Shown here piece after piece: positions 33,646 through 34,339 of a stretch of 34,339 bases of DNA. The translations under genes and the position numbers were made by a program. Origin of the DNA: Octopus bimaculoides. Taxonomy: Eukaryota. How positions within the stretch are numbered: position 1 is the stretch's first letter; each line of letters starts with the position of its first letter. The notes below the pieces were generated by a model. It did not search any database, was not told the DNA's origin, and saw only the letters and a program-made list of their open reading frames with translations. Location of the stretch: the NCBI RefSeq assembly GCF_001194135.2, contig NC_068987.1:45136636-45170974 (forward strand), read 5' to 3'.

Positions 33646-33886
33646 GGGGGAGGGAGAGAGAGTATATATATATATAATTTAATCATGCCAATGACCTATA
33701 ATCCTTAAGGGATGTTTGAATCCTAGTTCTCTGGTCTGTACCAGGGTTCAGTAAAAAACTAAGTATGTTAATTTTGCATTGATGTACATTGGCATTTAAA
33801 ATATTTATGAATAAGAAAAAAAAAAAATGTAGAAATTGACATATAGACATCAGTTTATTCAAAGATATTCAAAACAATGCAATATA

Positions 33887-34013
33887 AAATTCTTATCCCT
33901 ACAGCTGTTTCCATATCCAATTAATTTAATTAGAGACATTAAAATAAAATTGAATTAATTTATAATTTTCATATTGAAACTGGTTAATTGGATATTTCAT
34001 CAGGGAAGAATTT
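33887..34013 (-). ncRNA. Minimal type-I hammerhead motif with intact core and long stem II, sense within the upstream GNS intron
   Basis: Minus strand aaattcttcc-CTGATGA-a-atatccaattaa-[AT-rich loop]-ttaattggatat-g-GAAA-CAGCTG-TA-gg-gat-aagaattt. Perfect 12-bp stem II, ~10-bp bulged stem I, 8-nt palindrome ACAGCTGT. Confidence 0.7.
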
Positions 34014-34119
34014 CCAGAAAGGAGTTACATTCCAACGTGTTGGTCGACTCTTGACAGACTCAGATGTGCGCATTTTGGTAATGTATGTATTTAAAAAAAC
34101 GTCATGAGTATATATATAT

Positions 34120-34339
34120 ATCATCATCATCGTTTAACGTCCGCTTTCCATGCTAGCATGGGTTGGACGATTTGACTGAGGACTGGTGAAACCGGATGGC
34201 AACACCAGGCTCCAGTCTGATTTGGCAGAGTTTCTACAGCTGGATGCCCTTCCTAACGCCAACCACTCAGAGAGTGTAGTGGGTGCTTTTACGTGTCACC
34301 CGCACGAAAACGGCCACGCTCGAAATGGTGTCTTTTATG
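34120..34339 (-). mobile_element. RTE-clade LINE 3' end (young, CpG-rich), continues beyond the window
   Basis: tcatcatcatcgtttaacgtccgctttccatgctagcatgggttggacg...ggatgcccttcctaacgccaaccactc. Confidence 0.88.

Overview
AT-rich, repeat-saturated animal genomic scaffold with ten N-gaps, several flanked by (TA)n. The tRNA-derived SINE and RTE-LINE families suggest an octopod cephalopod (inference from recalled repeat sequences, not a database hit). The only host gene I can support is the 3' end of a minus-strand N-acetylglucosamine-6-sulfatase (GNS-like) gene: two coding exons at 32040-31930 and 28133-27987. The rest is layered mobile DNA: five RTE-LINE pieces (two with a PHD finger after the RT), an R4/Dong-type RLE fragment, two unrelated decayed hAT transposases, a mariner fragment, a non-autonomous Helitron-like element, Penelope-like (PLE) RT and GIY-YIG relics, and many SINEs. 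The most notable signal, invisible in the ORF track, is eight minimal type-I hammerhead-ribozyme-like motifs on both strands. Two have intact catalytic cores and credible stems (151-212 and 33887-34013); the latter lies sense-strand in a GNS intron. Three motifs share an unusual A.G opposition at the base of stem II. Repeat boundaries were read by eye and are approximate unless exact junctions are stated.
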